Notes: generated by a model from the sequence alone, not told the origin. Positions 51,072 to 60,764 are shown, counted from the stretch's first letter. The stretch is 64,000 nt of DNA from an uncultured bacterium (GCA_963736115.1 CAVTNR010000021.1:12757-76756); one strand, 5' to 3'. Numbers and translations: made by a program.

Positions 51072-51970
51072 GATTTTTTCGCTTCCGGCTTGGGTTCCCG
51101 GCCGTCGGGCTTCCCGTTTTCGGATTCCCGTTCCGCGGCCTTGCGCTGTCTCTTTCTTTCCCTGTCTTCCGCGATCAGCTGTTTCAGTTCCTCGAGAGGC
51201 AGTTTCTCCTCCTTGCCGTTTTCCAGAAGGAGCGTCGCCTGTTCTTCGAAAACGTCGATTTTCTTCAGTGTTTTCCGGCCCAGGCCGGTTTCAATCACCG
51301 TGCCGACGTCCGGGAATTTTTTCGTGAACTCCGCGTAGAACTCCCGCTCGTAAAGCAGACAGCACATGAGACGGCCGCAGCTCCCCGACAGTTTGGTGGG
51401 GTTGAGGGAGAGTTTCTGGTCCTTGGCGAACTGGGTGACGACGGGTTCGAATTCACGGAGAAACGCCTCGCAGCACAGGCGGCGGCCGCACACACCGACT
51501 CCTCCGATACGCTTCGCCTCGTCCCGAACCCCGATCTGCCTCAGCTCGATGCGCGTGCGGTACCGGCCGGCCAGGTCTCGGACCAGGGCCCTGAAATCCA
51601 CGCGTTTTTCGGAAGTGAAGAAAAAGGTGATCTTGTTCCGGTCGAACTGGTACTCGACATCAACCAGCTTCATGTGCAGTCCGTGCTCGTCGATCCGTTT
51701 CCGGCAATCGAAGAACGCTTCCCGCTCGAGTTTCTGGTTTTCATCCGCCTGGTCCAGGTCCTTGCGCGCCGGCTTCCGGAGAATCACAGGATACACGCGG
51801 TCACCGGCTTTCCGGTCCACCAGCGCGCCCATGTTCACCACGCGGCCGAAATCCTCACCCTTCTCCGCCTGGACGATGACACAGTCCCCGACGATGAACG
51901 GGAATTCCTGCGGGTTCGAGAAAAAAGCCCGCCTTCCGCCCTTGAATTCGACTTCGAATGCTTTGGACAT
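51068..51970 (-). CDS. ricT: PSP1/RicT (YaaT) domain protein
   Basis: MKLVDVEYQFD..KITF.F....RVDFR.LVRDLA, RIELRQIG.RDEA, G.CGR.LCC and KLSG.CGRLMCCL.YE. Confidence 0.93.
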   Translation of the reverse strand: MSKAFEVEFKGGRRAFFSNPQEFPFIVGDCVIVQAEKGEDFGRVVNMGALVDRKAGDRVYPVILRKPARKDLDQADENQKLEREAFFDCRKRIDEHGLHMKLVDVEYQFDRNKITFFFTSEKRVDFRALVRDLAGRYRTRIELRQIGVRDEAKRIGGVGVCGRRLCCEAFLREFEPVVTQFAKDQKLSLNPTKLSGSCGRLMCCLLYEREFYAEFTKKFPDVGTVIETGLGRKTLKKIDVFEEQATLLLENGKEEKLPLEELKQLIAEDRERKRQRKAAERESENGKPDGREPKPEAKKS

Positions 51971-52014
51971 AGTATCGGGATAACCTTCAGTTCAGATATT
52001 CACAGTTTGGTTTA

Positions 52015-52063
52015 CGCCATGCGCTATGCGCTGTGCGCCACACGCACTGCGCACAGGGCAAAG
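52015..52063. repeat. Degenerate heptamer array with an internal hairpin
   Basis: CGCCATG CGCTATG CGCTGTG CGCCACA CGCACTG CGCACAG GGCAAAG; CTGTGCGC pairs with GCGCACAG. Confidence 0.6.
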
Positions 52064-52083
52064 CGGCCCTTACCCAGCCTCCC

Positions 52084-53196
52084 TCAGTTCCCCGGAACCT
52101 GATCCAGCGAGTAGAGAATCAGCGGAAGGTATACATTTTTTTGTCCGAAATCAATAGCACGGAGAACCGACCGCGCCGCACGATCGATGTCCAGGTCCGG
52201 ATGCGCCTTGAGAAACGCGGCCAGAGACCGGGCCGCCTCGGAATCGAGCCTGCCGTCCTCCCGTCCGAGCCGGATCTGCTGAAGATCGCGGAGCAGAGCC
52301 AGCAGCATCTGAAGAATATCCTGTACTTCCGTCTTGTCCGTGTTTTTCAGAAAAGTTTCTGTGCCCTCGATCCGGGCCGCGGGATTTTTTTCAAACATGG
52401 CCTCGAGCACCTGAAAGGCCGAATCGCGTCGAACCTCGAAGTCGCCGTCCGCCAGCTCCAGTGCGCGGTCCAGGCTTCCTCCGCTCATGCGCGCAATGGA
52501 CCGGGCCTTGTCCGGCGGTGTCTCCCAGCGTTCGATCAGCGCGGTTTCGACATCCGAGTCTGACAGGCGGTCGAACCGGAGCGCCTGACAGCGGGAGACG
52601 ATGGTCGGGAGCAGGAGCCCCGGGGCCGGCGAGGTCAGCAGAATCACCGTGTCGTCCGGCGGCTCTTCCAGCAGTTTTAAAAGGCTGTTCGCCGCGGGCA
52701 CGGTCATGGATTCGGCACCGGAAATCAGAATGACGCGCGTGCCTCCGCCGAACAGCATGAGACGCGACTCCTGACGGAGCGCCCGGATTGTGTCGATGCC
52801 GATGACCGGCGCGGTGGTCAGCTCCGGCGCGAAGGTCACGGACCGGTAGGGGTTGCGCAGACGGGCCAGGCCGCGCTCGCGCAGAATCTCGAAGTACTTT
52901 TCATCCTTCATCGGTTTCGGTTTGGTCGGCACCGGCTGGACGAACTGGAATCCGGGATTCTCCAGGCGAAGCATCCGGCTGCACGACTTGCAGACGCCGC
53001 ATCCGCCCGGGATGCGGTCGTCGCAAACGAAACCGAGCGCGATCGCCACGGCCATCGCGTCCTTTCCGACGCCGGCCGGGCCCGTGAAAAGAACCGCGTG
53101 CGGCAGGCGGTTCCGGCCGAGGGCCGAAGCGATGAGCGCCTTGACCCGTCTCTGTCCGGCCACGCGGTCGAATCCGCTTGGACTCATCTCAGCCAT
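52084..53196 (-). CDS. holB: DNA polymerase III subunit delta'
   Basis: HAVLFTGPAGVGK, CGVCKSC, AANSLLKLLEEPP and LLPTIVSRCQ. Confidence 0.93.
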   Translation of the reverse strand: MAEMSPSGFDRVAGQRRVKALIASALGRNRLPHAVLFTGPAGVGKDAMAVAIALGFVCDDRIPGGCGVCKSCSRMLRLENPGFQFVQPVPTKPKPMKDEKYFEILRERGLARLRNPYRSVTFAPELTTAPVIGIDTIRALRQESRLMLFGGGTRVILISGAESMTVPAANSLLKLLEEPPDDTVILLTSPAPGLLLPTIVSRCQALRFDRLSDSDVETALIERWETPPDKARSIARMSGGSLDRALELADGDFEVRRDSAFQVLEAMFEKNPAARIEGTETFLKNTDKTEVQDILQMLLALLRDLQQIRLGREDGRLDSEAARSLAAFLKAHPDLDIDRAARSVLRAIDFGQKNVYLPLILYSLDQVPGN

Positions 53197-54881
53197 TTTT
53201 CCGGATCATTCGGCGTGATTCCCTTCCATACCTCGAAATGAAGCGTGGGCCCGTAAAAACTGTTTTTATCGCCCACCTGCCCGAGCACGCGGCCGGCCTT
53301 CACCGTCTCGCCGAGCGCCACCTGAACGGTTTCCAGGTGGCCGTAGACGGTGTAGAATCCGCCGTGGTCCAGAAACACCAGGTTCCCCATGCCCCGGAGC
53401 CAGTCCACGCGCTTGATTTGTCCGTCCGCTACGGCTTTCACGGGTTCGTTCTCCGATGCCTGAATTTCGAGCCCGAGATTTTCGGTCCAGGTCTTCAGTT
53501 CCGGGTCGCGTTGCTTTCCGAACCGGGACACGATGCGGCCGGCAACCGGCCATCCCAGTTTCCCGCTCAGCTCGGAGCTTCTGAAAGCGGGCGGCGTCGG
53601 TTTCACCGTTGCGGTCTTTTTGACTCTCTCGCTTTCGATGCGACGCTTCACTTCCTCGCGGGCCATCCAGTCCTGGATTTCCCGGAACGCGGCCCGCTTC
53701 TGCTCCAATGCCTCCAGAAGCGGCTTTTTTTCGCTCCGGACTTCGCTCAGAAGCCGCTTCCGCTCCCCCTTGGCTGATTCCAGACTTTCGCTCTCGGACC
53801 GCATTTCCCGCATCAGGCGGACTTTCTCCGCGAGTTCCCTGTCGAGACTCTCCTTCCGTCGGCTGAAAGCGGCCTGCTTCTCCGCCAGCAGAAGGAGATT
53901 GCGCTGGTCGTTCTCCATGATGCGTTTCTGGTACTTGACCCAGACCAGCGCCTGGTTGACGGACTCCATCGTGAGAAGGGTCTCCCACTCGCTCATCCGG
54001 CCCTTCTTGTACAGATTCACCATGCGGCCGCCGACCAGCGCCTTCTGATCCGTCAGGCTCCGGAACGACTCCCCGACCCGGCGTTCCGCCTCGGCTACAT
54101 CCTTCTCCTTGAGCCTCTGCTGATCCGCCAGTTCGGACGTCAGTTTTTTCTGCAGACCGATGCGCCTCTCCGTGTCCTCAAGCTGTTCGAGAAGCGTCGT
54201 CTCCCTGGCCTCCTTGGCCCGTATCTCCTTCTCGATTCTGCGAATCTCCTCGCGGATCCGTGACAATCCGGTTGAAGACTGGCCGAATGCCGCAACCCCC
54301 GACATCAGAACGGCCAGCACCGCTGCCGTCCTGAACATCCGTCCGGTTTTCTTCAGTATCATAGCCGCCAGAACGGTTTTCAGTATCTCCGCGGGTATGA
54401 AGATCAGCCCTCCCGCGACCAGGGCGCCGGAGAGGGATATTCCCCTGCCCGACCACCATTTCAACGATGCATAGAAATAGAAGGATCCCGCGAGCAGGAT
54501 GAGGGCCCAGCACGGCATCAGAAAAATCGCGGTCTTCAGCACGCCGGCCGGTTTTCCCTGCCTTTCAGTCAGGCGGGCCGCCAGCCATGCGGCAGGCGGA
54601 AACGAAGCGAGATATCCGAACGTCGGCATCCCCACGGCGGCCGGGCCGGATCCGCCGGTAAAAACCGGCAGACCCAGAAGGCCGACCGCGAGAAAAACCA
54701 GCTGACTGACGGTTCCGTATTTCCGGCCCAGAACCATTCCCGACAGATACACGAACAACGTCTGCAGCGTGAAAGGCACGGCACCGACGGGAATCCGGAC
54801 CAGGCCGGAAATCGCGGTCAGGGCCGCGAAAAGCGCGGCCCCCATCCGGAGCCGGTTGTCTGCCGCAGGCGGATTGCCCAT
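53184..54881 (-). CDS. bioY/envC: In-frame fusion of BioY biotin S-component and EnvC-like coiled-coil/degenerate M23 protein
   Basis: Residues 1 to about 180 carry BioY motifs (VPFTLQT, LG...G, GLPVFTGG, PTFGYL.SF, FIPAEILK). A signal-peptide-like segment follows, then a long coiled coil and an M23 domain (WPVAG.I...FG, VYGHL, LHFEVW) lacking HxxxD. Confidence 0.8.
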   Translation of the reverse strand: MGNPPAADNRLRMGAALFAALTAISGLVRIPVGAVPFTLQTLFVYLSGMVLGRKYGTVSQLVFLAVGLLGLPVFTGGSGPAAVGMPTFGYLASFPPAAWLAARLTERQGKPAGVLKTAIFLMPCWALILLAGSFYFYASLKWWSGRGISLSGALVAGGLIFIPAEILKTVLAAMILKKTGRMFRTAAVLAVLMSGVAAFGQSSTGLSRIREEIRRIEKEIRAKEARETTLLEQLEDTERRIGLQKKLTSELADQQRLKEKDVAEAERRVGESFRSLTDQKALVGGRMVNLYKKGRMSEWETLLTMESVNQALVWVKYQKRIMENDQRNLLLLAEKQAAFSRRKESLDRELAEKVRLMREMRSESESLESAKGERKRLLSEVRSEKKPLLEALEQKRAAFREIQDWMAREEVKRRIESERVKKTATVKPTPPAFRSSELSGKLGWPVAGRIVSRFGKQRDPELKTWTENLGLEIQASENEPVKAVADGQIKRVDWLRGMGNLVFLDHGGFYTVYGHLETVQVALGETVKAGRVLGQVGDKNSFYGPTLHFEVWKGITPNDPEKWLR

Positions 54882-54914
54882 CTCAGAAAGCCGGACGCCC
54901 GGTCCGCGCCGGTT

Positions 54915-55895
54915 TTATCCCGCCAGAACGCAGCAGATGGCTGTCACGTTCATGATGTCTTCGGCCGTACAGCCCCTGGACAGATCCATGGCCGGCTTTT
55001 TCAACCCCTGGATCAGCGGTCCGAGCGCGATTGCATTGGCCAGCCGCTGGGTCAGTTTGTATGCGATGTTGCCCGAATCCAGGTCCGGAAAGATCAGCAC
55101 ATTGGCCTTTCCCGCGACCGGACTGCCCGGCGCTTTTTTCTGGCCGACGGACGGAACCAGGGCGGCATCGCCCTGAAGCTCCCCGTCCACGAGCAGGGAA
55201 GGCGCCTTTTCCTTGACCAGGCGGGTGGCTTCTTTGATCTTATCGACCCTCGGATGGCTTGCGCTTCCGTACGTGGAAAAAGAAAGCATGGCCACAACGG
55301 GCTTGTCTCCGGTCAGTTTCTCGTGCGTGTCCGCGGACGCGATCGCGATGCTGGCAAGCTGGCCGGCGTCCGGATCCGGAACCACGCCGCAGTCCGCATA
55401 AGTCAGGGGTTTCTCCCGGCCCGGAACGATCATGAGAAAAGTGCTCGATACCACGGATATGCCTTCGGCCAGCCCGATGCACTGAATTCCCGCTCGCAGA
55501 ACGTCCGCGGTGGTGTTGTTGGCGCCCGCGACGCTTCCGTCGGCCTGCCCTTCCCGCACCATCATGGCGCCGAAGAAAAGCGGTTTACGGACCGTTTCGA
55601 GCGCCTGCTCCTCGGTCATGCCCTTGTGCTTCCGGATCTCATACAGGGTCCGGGCGAACCCGGCCAGAGAGCCCGAATTGCCCGGATCCGCGATCGCGAT
55701 GCCGTCAAGCGAAATCCCGGCCGCCTCGGCCGTCTTCCGGATTTTTTTTTCGTCCCCGACCAGCACGGGTGAGCATATTTTCCTGTCCCGGACCATGGCC
55801 GCCGCGGCCACCATGCGTTCATCCTCGCCTTCGGGCAGCACGATGGTCCTGGGTTTGGAACCCGCCTTTTCAATGATTTTCTGCAATACGTCCAT
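54915..55895 (-). CDS. pta: Phosphate acetyltransferase (short form)
   Basis: IVLPEGEDER, ADC.V.PDP, LSFST.GSA, DGELQ.DAA and FPDL.SGNI.YK..DLSRG. Confidence 0.96.
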   Translation of the reverse strand: MDVLQKIIEKAGSKPRTIVLPEGEDERMVAAAAMVRDRKICSPVLVGDEKKIRKTAEAAGISLDGIAIADPGNSGSLAGFARTLYEIRKHKGMTEEQALETVRKPLFFGAMMVREGQADGSVAGANNTTADVLRAGIQCIGLAEGISVVSSTFLMIVPGREKPLTYADCGVVPDPDAGQLASIAIASADTHEKLTGDKPVVAMLSFSTYGSASHPRVDKIKEATRLVKEKAPSLLVDGELQGDAALVPSVGQKKAPGSPVAGKANVLIFPDLDSGNIAYKLTQRLANAIALGPLIQGLKKPAMDLSRGCTAEDIMNVTAICCVLAG

Positions 55896-55917
55896 CCGAC
55901 ACTCCTCGACAGTCGAT

Positions 55918-56415
55918 TTATTGGATCCGATTTTTCATGCCCCTGATTTTTTGCTCCAGCGCCTTCGCCGCTCCGGTCGGCAGAAAGCAGTCGATCCGTC
56001 CGCCCAGATGGGCCACTTCCTTGACAATGGTGGAATTCACATAGGAGTATTCCTCGCTCGGCATCAGAAAAACGGTTTCCAGATCGGGCATCAGCTTGCG
56101 GTTCAGAAGCGTCATCTGGAACTCATAATCGAAATCCGAAACCGCGCGCAGTCCGCGTATGATGGCCGTGGCCTGCCGCTGTTTCGCATAATGGACCAGA
56201 AGCCCTTCGAACACCTCCACCCGGACATTCTCAATGCCCTTCACCGCCTCCTCCGCCAGCAGCCGTCTCTCCTCCAGGGAGAACAGGGGGTGTTTCCTCG
56301 GATTTTCCGATATGGCCAGGATGATCCGGTCGAATATGGACGAAGCCCTCCGCACGAGATCCAGATGCCCGTTCGTCACCGGGTCGAAAGTGCCGGGATA
56401 TACCGCGATTTTCAT
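55918..56415 (-). CDS. coaD: Phosphopantetheine adenylyltransferase
   Basis: YPGTFDPVTNGHLD and IRGLRAVSDFDYE. Confidence 0.97.
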   Translation of the reverse strand: MKIAVYPGTFDPVTNGHLDLVRRASSIFDRIILAISENPRKHPLFSLEERRLLAEEAVKGIENVRVEVFEGLLVHYAKQRQATAIIRGLRAVSDFDYEFQMTLLNRKLMPDLETVFLMPSEEYSYVNSTIVKEVAHLGGRIDCFLPTGAAKALEQKIRGMKNRIQ

Positions 56416-56978
56416 GATCCCTCCTCCCCGCCTGGGCTGTAAACGGAAACAACGCAGTCGCCGAAACGCTTCTGCCGGACCAGTGTCAGGCCTCCCGCCT
56501 CCGCGTCCTGATCCCGCACATCATGCTCCAGAATCAGCAGGCCATCCCTGCCGAGGATGCGGTTTGAACCCACGGATGCCGCAATGCGTGCGCGAAGCGA
56601 TTCGCGGAAGGGCGGATCCGCGAACACCAGATCAAAAACCTCGCCCTTCCGGCCCAGCCGTTCCAGGGCGGTGAACACATCCTCGTTCATGACAGACGCC
56701 TGACGGTTGAAACCGCAGGCGTCTATGTTCCTCCCGAGAATGTGGAGGCTTCGGGGGGACTGCTCGACAAAAACCCCCTCACGGCCGCCCCGGCTCAACG
56801 CCTCCAGTCCGAGCGACCCGGTTCCGGCAAAAAGATCGAGAAAACGGGATTCCGGAATGCTGTCGCGATAGACGAAAAAAATAAATTCCTTGATCCTCGC
56901 CGTGGTCGGACGGAATTCCAGCCCTTTGGGGCCCGCCAGTTTCCGGCCGCGGAGGGATCCGCCCGCGATTCTCAGCAC
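56412..56978 (-). CDS. rsmD: 16S rRNA (guanine966-N2)-methyltransferase
   Basis: RI.GG..RGRKL, RPT, LDLFAGTGSLGLEALSRG and DPPF; rsmD-coaD synteny. Confidence 0.95.
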   Translation of the reverse strand: MLRIAGGSLRGRKLAGPKGLEFRPTTARIKEFIFFVYRDSIPESRFLDLFAGTGSLGLEALSRGGREGVFVEQSPRSLHILGRNIDACGFNRQASVMNEDVFTALERLGRKGEVFDLVFADPPFRESLRARIAASVGSNRILGRDGLLILEHDVRDQDAEAGGLTLVRQKRFGDCVVSVYSPGGEEGS

Positions 56979-56987
56979 CCGGAAGTC

Positions 56988-58037
56988 CTACTCAACCGCG
57001 AAATCCAGAACCAGTTTGAGCTTCGCGCCCGCCAGGTCGGATATGTCCGCCGGTGCCACCAGCAGTTTGCACATCTCGCCGTTGGCGGGCAGCGCTTTGA
57101 GACTCTCGAGAAATGCCAGCGCATTCGCACGCGATCCCTCGGTCCGAAGGCGGATCGGCGTCTGCAGTTTCCCGTTCAGCGTGACTTCCGAAACTTTCTG
57201 AATTTTCGTGTTGGTCAGGCCTTTCTCCGTCACCAGCGCGTTCAGCCGGGCTTTGAAGGCTTCCGCATCGGTTTTGGATCCGGCGGGCGCGGCCTGAGCG
57301 GTTCTTATCACAACCGGGATTCTTCCTGAAATCACGCCGAAGTATCGGTCGCTCCCGCTGACTTTATGACGATCTTCAGGTGACGCCTTGAAAGAATCCG
57401 CCCCGAGCAGGGCCTGAATCCGCTTGCCCATTTCTTCCTGACCGCCCTTTGCTACTGCCGCGTATTCCACGAAGTACTGGTCCCCCTTCAGGAGCAGCGC
57501 AACGAACCGGCTGTCCTTGCCGAGGTTCTCAACAACCGCTTTAGCTGTTTCCGCGTATTTCACCGTGGGGCCGGACGGCGATGTCCCGGTCCGGAGTCGG
57601 TCGGTTCCCGTCAGGCCTCCCGCGGTCCGGGTTGTATCCACCGGGGGTTTCACTGGAATCTTGGCGACGGACCCGGCGCCCTTCTGAACGGCTGTTTTTC
57701 CTTTCGGCGGGAAAAATTTCGGATACAGCATATACCCGGCCACCGCAATCACGGCCAGACCCAGAAGCGCCCAGATCATAGGAGACACCTGCTTGGATCC
57801 TCCGCCGTGCCGGCGCCGCTTCGCATTCGATCCCTTCGGCTCATCCACGAATATGGGTTCCGTGTCCTGGTCGAGCGTATCCAGCGAAGGCTCGGTCAGG
57901 TCCTCGTCAAAACCGAAATCGTCGGATTTGGCGCTGTCTCCCGTCAGGTCGTCGTCTCCGCGCGACGGGGAATCGCCCGATTTGTCGTGCTTCGCGGGTT
58001 GACTCTCTTCATCCTCAAAGAGATTGATCTCGACCAT
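56988..58037 (-). CDS. Bitopic protein, putative PilN-PilO-like fusion
   Basis: N-terminal EINLF (compare PilN INLLP), acidic disordered region, one TM, then two periplasmic segments resembling the PilN and PilO cores; directly downstream of the pilM-like gene. Inferred by eye. Confidence 0.5.
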   Translation of the reverse strand: MVEINLFEDEESQPAKHDKSGDSPSRGDDDLTGDSAKSDDFGFDEDLTEPSLDTLDQDTEPIFVDEPKGSNAKRRRHGGGSKQVSPMIWALLGLAVIAVAGYMLYPKFFPPKGKTAVQKGAGSVAKIPVKPPVDTTRTAGGLTGTDRLRTGTSPSGPTVKYAETAKAVVENLGKDSRFVALLLKGDQYFVEYAAVAKGGQEEMGKRIQALLGADSFKASPEDRHKVSGSDRYFGVISGRIPVVIRTAQAAPAGSKTDAEAFKARLNALVTEKGLTNTKIQKVSEVTLNGKLQTPIRLRTEGSRANALAFLESLKALPANGEMCKLLVAPADISDLAGAKLKLVLDFAVE

Positions 58038-58068
58038 GAATGGGCACCTCCGTCGTTTGACCGCATTC

Positions 58069-59019
58069 TCAGGAATGGGCCTGCAGTGTGGGGATCCTTT
58101 TCAATGCCAGACCGATCGGCGCGACGAAACGTCCGGCGTCGCGCGTATAAAAATCTGTTTTCTTCACTTCGGGAGAAACCGCGATTTTCCTGAATGGGTT
58201 CAGGATTTCGGTGGGGATCTGCCCTTTCAGCTCACCATATATTTCCTGAAGCGGTCCGTGCCCTGTCAGCAGCAGCTGCTCCAGATCTTCCTTGCCCTTA
58301 CCCTGGTGCCCGAACAGGAGCCGCCTCAGCTCCTTCAAAAGTATTCTGGCGGCGTCGGCCGGCCGCGCATCGTCCGGAAGCGGGACCCGGTGCGCCAGAT
58401 AAAATTCCCGTTGATGAATGAGCAAGAATCCCAGACGTCCGGGCCGGAGATCGGCCAGGACCGCCGTGCCTTTCGGATCCAGTTCGTAATTGGCCGCTGC
58501 CGCCCGGACGGCCGCGAAACAATCCACGTCTATTTCGCGGATCGTCAATCCCGCGGCTTTGGCGAAAGACCGCAGCACCTGCACCACGCGCCTGCGAACC
58601 AGCACCTGGAGAAACATCGGATTCCCGGAGGGCGTGGAGAAGGGAAGCCGCTGATGGCTGAGCACGTAGTCCTCGACCGGGGAGAGCAGAACCTGCTCGG
58701 CCTCCCATCGCATCTGTGATTGAACCACTTCATCCGACAGCCCCAGCGCCACCGGAATCTTCTTGATCAGAACCATGGATCCGCTCAGCGCCAGCGAAGC
58801 CTCGGCATCTCCGCCGCCCATGGAGGCGCGTATCGAGTCAAACGCGGCGTTCAGGCGCCCGACCGCTCCGTCTCCTTCGCGGTAAGCCTCCAGGCCGCAT
58901 TCGGGCTCCAGCCCGGACCAGCCCAGCGCCTGCACCTGCCCGTCTGCGATCCTGATTGCGGACAGGTAGTCCGGATGAACGGCGATGAAACATTGCGGTT
59001 TGTCGGATGTTGCGGCCAC
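58069..59019 (-). CDS. pilM: PilM-like (actin-fold) pilus alignment protein
   Basis: ASLALSGSMVLIKKI, QMRWEAEQVL..P.EDY, AAGL....IDVD.FA, LLLTG.G, EILNPF and APIGLALK. The start (GTG 59019) is uncertain; the track start is 59166. Confidence 0.75.
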   Translation of the reverse strand: MAATSDKPQCFIAVHPDYLSAIRIADGQVQALGWSGLEPECGLEAYREGDGAVGRLNAAFDSIRASMGGGDAEASLALSGSMVLIKKIPVALGLSDEVVQSQMRWEAEQVLLSPVEDYVLSHQRLPFSTPSGNPMFLQVLVRRRVVQVLRSFAKAAGLTIREIDVDCFAAVRAAAANYELDPKGTAVLADLRPGRLGFLLIHQREFYLAHRVPLPDDARPADAARILLKELRRLLFGHQGKGKEDLEQLLLTGHGPLQEIYGELKGQIPTEILNPFRKIAVSPEVKKTDFYTRDAGRFVAPIGLALKRIPTLQAHS

Positions 59020-59250
59020 GGGATCCCCCGGTGGTGACACTGGACAGTCACGGTCCCGCCGTTCAGCGGCGATGTTGACGCTCCCGCCGCTCGCCGCGCG
59101 GGACCAAGCTATTATATGCCTTCTGGTTGAAGGCTCGCGGCGGGCCTTCAATAGTGTACAAATCAAATAACTTGGTGCCGCTTTGCGGCGGAGCTTCTAT
59201 CTGTAGAGAAGAGACATCTGATATTCGCTCGCTAACGCTCGCTGTCAGAT

Positions 59251-59640
59251 TCAGTCGATTCGGAGATAGGGCCTGATTTTTTCGAGCGTTCTGGGCCCCA
59301 CGCCACGCACCCGGATCAACTCGTCCACGCTCCGGAAACGCCCGCTCTCCCGCCTGTAGGCGAGAATGCGTCCCGCCATGACAGGACCGATGCCGGGCAC
59401 CCGGATCAGCTCGGCGGCGCCGGCTGAGTTGAGGTTGACTCCGGCGGCGGGCCGCCCCCCTCCGCCTCCGGCTATTTTCCGCGGAGGCTCCGGCGCGTGG
59501 AGCTGGACCTGAATTCCGGGTTCCGCCGCGTCCGGCAAAGGGTGGGCGTCATCCCGGACGGCTCTGATCAGCGCGCCGCAGAAGAAAGCGGCGGTCAGAA
59601 ACAGAACCACGCGCTGTTCGTTTTTCGTGAACCCGAACAT
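59251..59640 (-). CDS. comEA: ComEA-family helix-hairpin-helix DNA-binding protein
   Basis: N-terminal TM; VNLNSA...EL..VPGIGP..A.RI..YR...G.F.SVDEL..V.GVG. Confidence 0.9.
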   Translation of the reverse strand: MFGFTKNEQRVVLFLTAAFFCGALIRAVRDDAHPLPDAAEPGIQVQLHAPEPPRKIAGGGGGRPAAGVNLNSAGAAELIRVPGIGPVMAGRILAYRRESGRFRSVDELIRVRGVGPRTLEKIRPYLRID

Positions 59641-59653
59641 GAACCCTCTCAGT

Positions 59654-60745
59654 TCACGTTTCGGGGGACATCTCCTTCTGCCCGGCGATTTTCAGAAAAA
59701 GCTCCCGGGTGTTTTTGGAAATCCGGTGCGGAATCCAGACTTCGACGCGGACCAGCTGATCGCCGGCGCCGCTGCCGTGCAGATGGGGGATGCCTTTCCC
59801 CTTCATCCGCAGTATTTTGCCGGGCTGCGTGCCCGGTTCCACAAACAGTTTGGCCTTGCCCTTCAGCGTGGGGACTTCGATTTCATCCCCGAGAATCGCC
59901 TGGTGGACGCCGATCTTCAGATCATAAAGAATGTCATCGCCGTGCCGCTCGAAACGGTCGTGCGGCTTCTCCTCGATCACGGCGTACAGATCGCCGTCCG
60001 CGCCGCCCGAGGGCCCCGCATCCCCTTCGCCGCGGAGCGTGATATAGTTGCCGGTCGCCGCGCCGGCGGGTATGCGGATGGCCACCGTGGCATCGGCCCG
60101 TCGGCGCCCGACGCCGTCGCATGCGGCACAGGGGTCCTTCACGATGCGGCCCTGGCCCCCGCAGTTCCGGCAGGGCGTGATATTGACGAATTGGCCGAGA
60201 AAGGACCGGCTGACCTGTCGGACCTGACCCGCTCCCCTGCATACCGGGCATGTCTGGAGACCGGACGCGGATTTCGATCCGGAGCCTCCGCATGCGTCGC
60301 AGGGGACCTGCCGCTTCAGCTTGATTTTTTTCTCGACGCCCTCAGCCGCCTCTTCCAGCGTGATCTGGATGCGAACCTGAAGGTCGTTTCCCCGCTCCGG
60401 GCCCGAACGCGTCCGGCCTGAACCGAAGAAATCGCCGAACCCGCCGAATCCCTCCATGAAGGTCCGGAGCGCGTCCGAGAGATCGAAATCAAAGCCCTCG
60501 AATCCGCCCCGGCCCGCGCCGCGCAGTCCGTCATGCCCGTACTGGTCGTAGGCCGCGCGTTTTTCGGAATCGCTCAGAACCTCGTATGCCTCGGCCGCCT
60601 CCTTGAACTTTTCCTCCGCGGCTTTGTCGCCTGGATTCCGGTCCGGATGGTATTTCATCGCCATCTGGCGGTAAACCTTCTTCAGATCCTCCGGACCCGC
60701 GTCTTTGGGCACTCCCAGTACGTCATAGTAATCGCGCTTTTTCAT
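59654..60745 (-). CDS. dnaJ: Chaperone DnaJ
   Basis: [11 protein letters not shown] motif, G/F region and four CxxCxGxG repeats. Confidence 0.97.
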   Translation of the reverse strand: MKKRDYYDVLGVPKDAGPEDLKKVYRQMAMKYHPDRNPGDKAAEEKFKEAAEAYEVLSDSEKRAAYDQYGHDGLRGAGRGGFEGFDFDLSDALRTFMEGFGGFGDFFGSGRTRSGPERGNDLQVRIQITLEEAAEGVEKKIKLKRQVPCDACGGSGSKSASGLQTCPVCRGAGQVRQVSRSFLGQFVNITPCRNCGGQGRIVKDPCAACDGVGRRRADATVAIRIPAGAATGNYITLRGEGDAGPSGGADGDLYAVIEEKPHDRFERHGDDILYDLKIGVHQAILGDEIEVPTLKGKAKLFVEPGTQPGKILRMKGKGIPHLHGSGAGDQLVRVEVWIPHRISKNTRELFLKIAGQKEMSPET

Positions 60746-60764
60746 GTCGCACCCTCCGTCGCGA

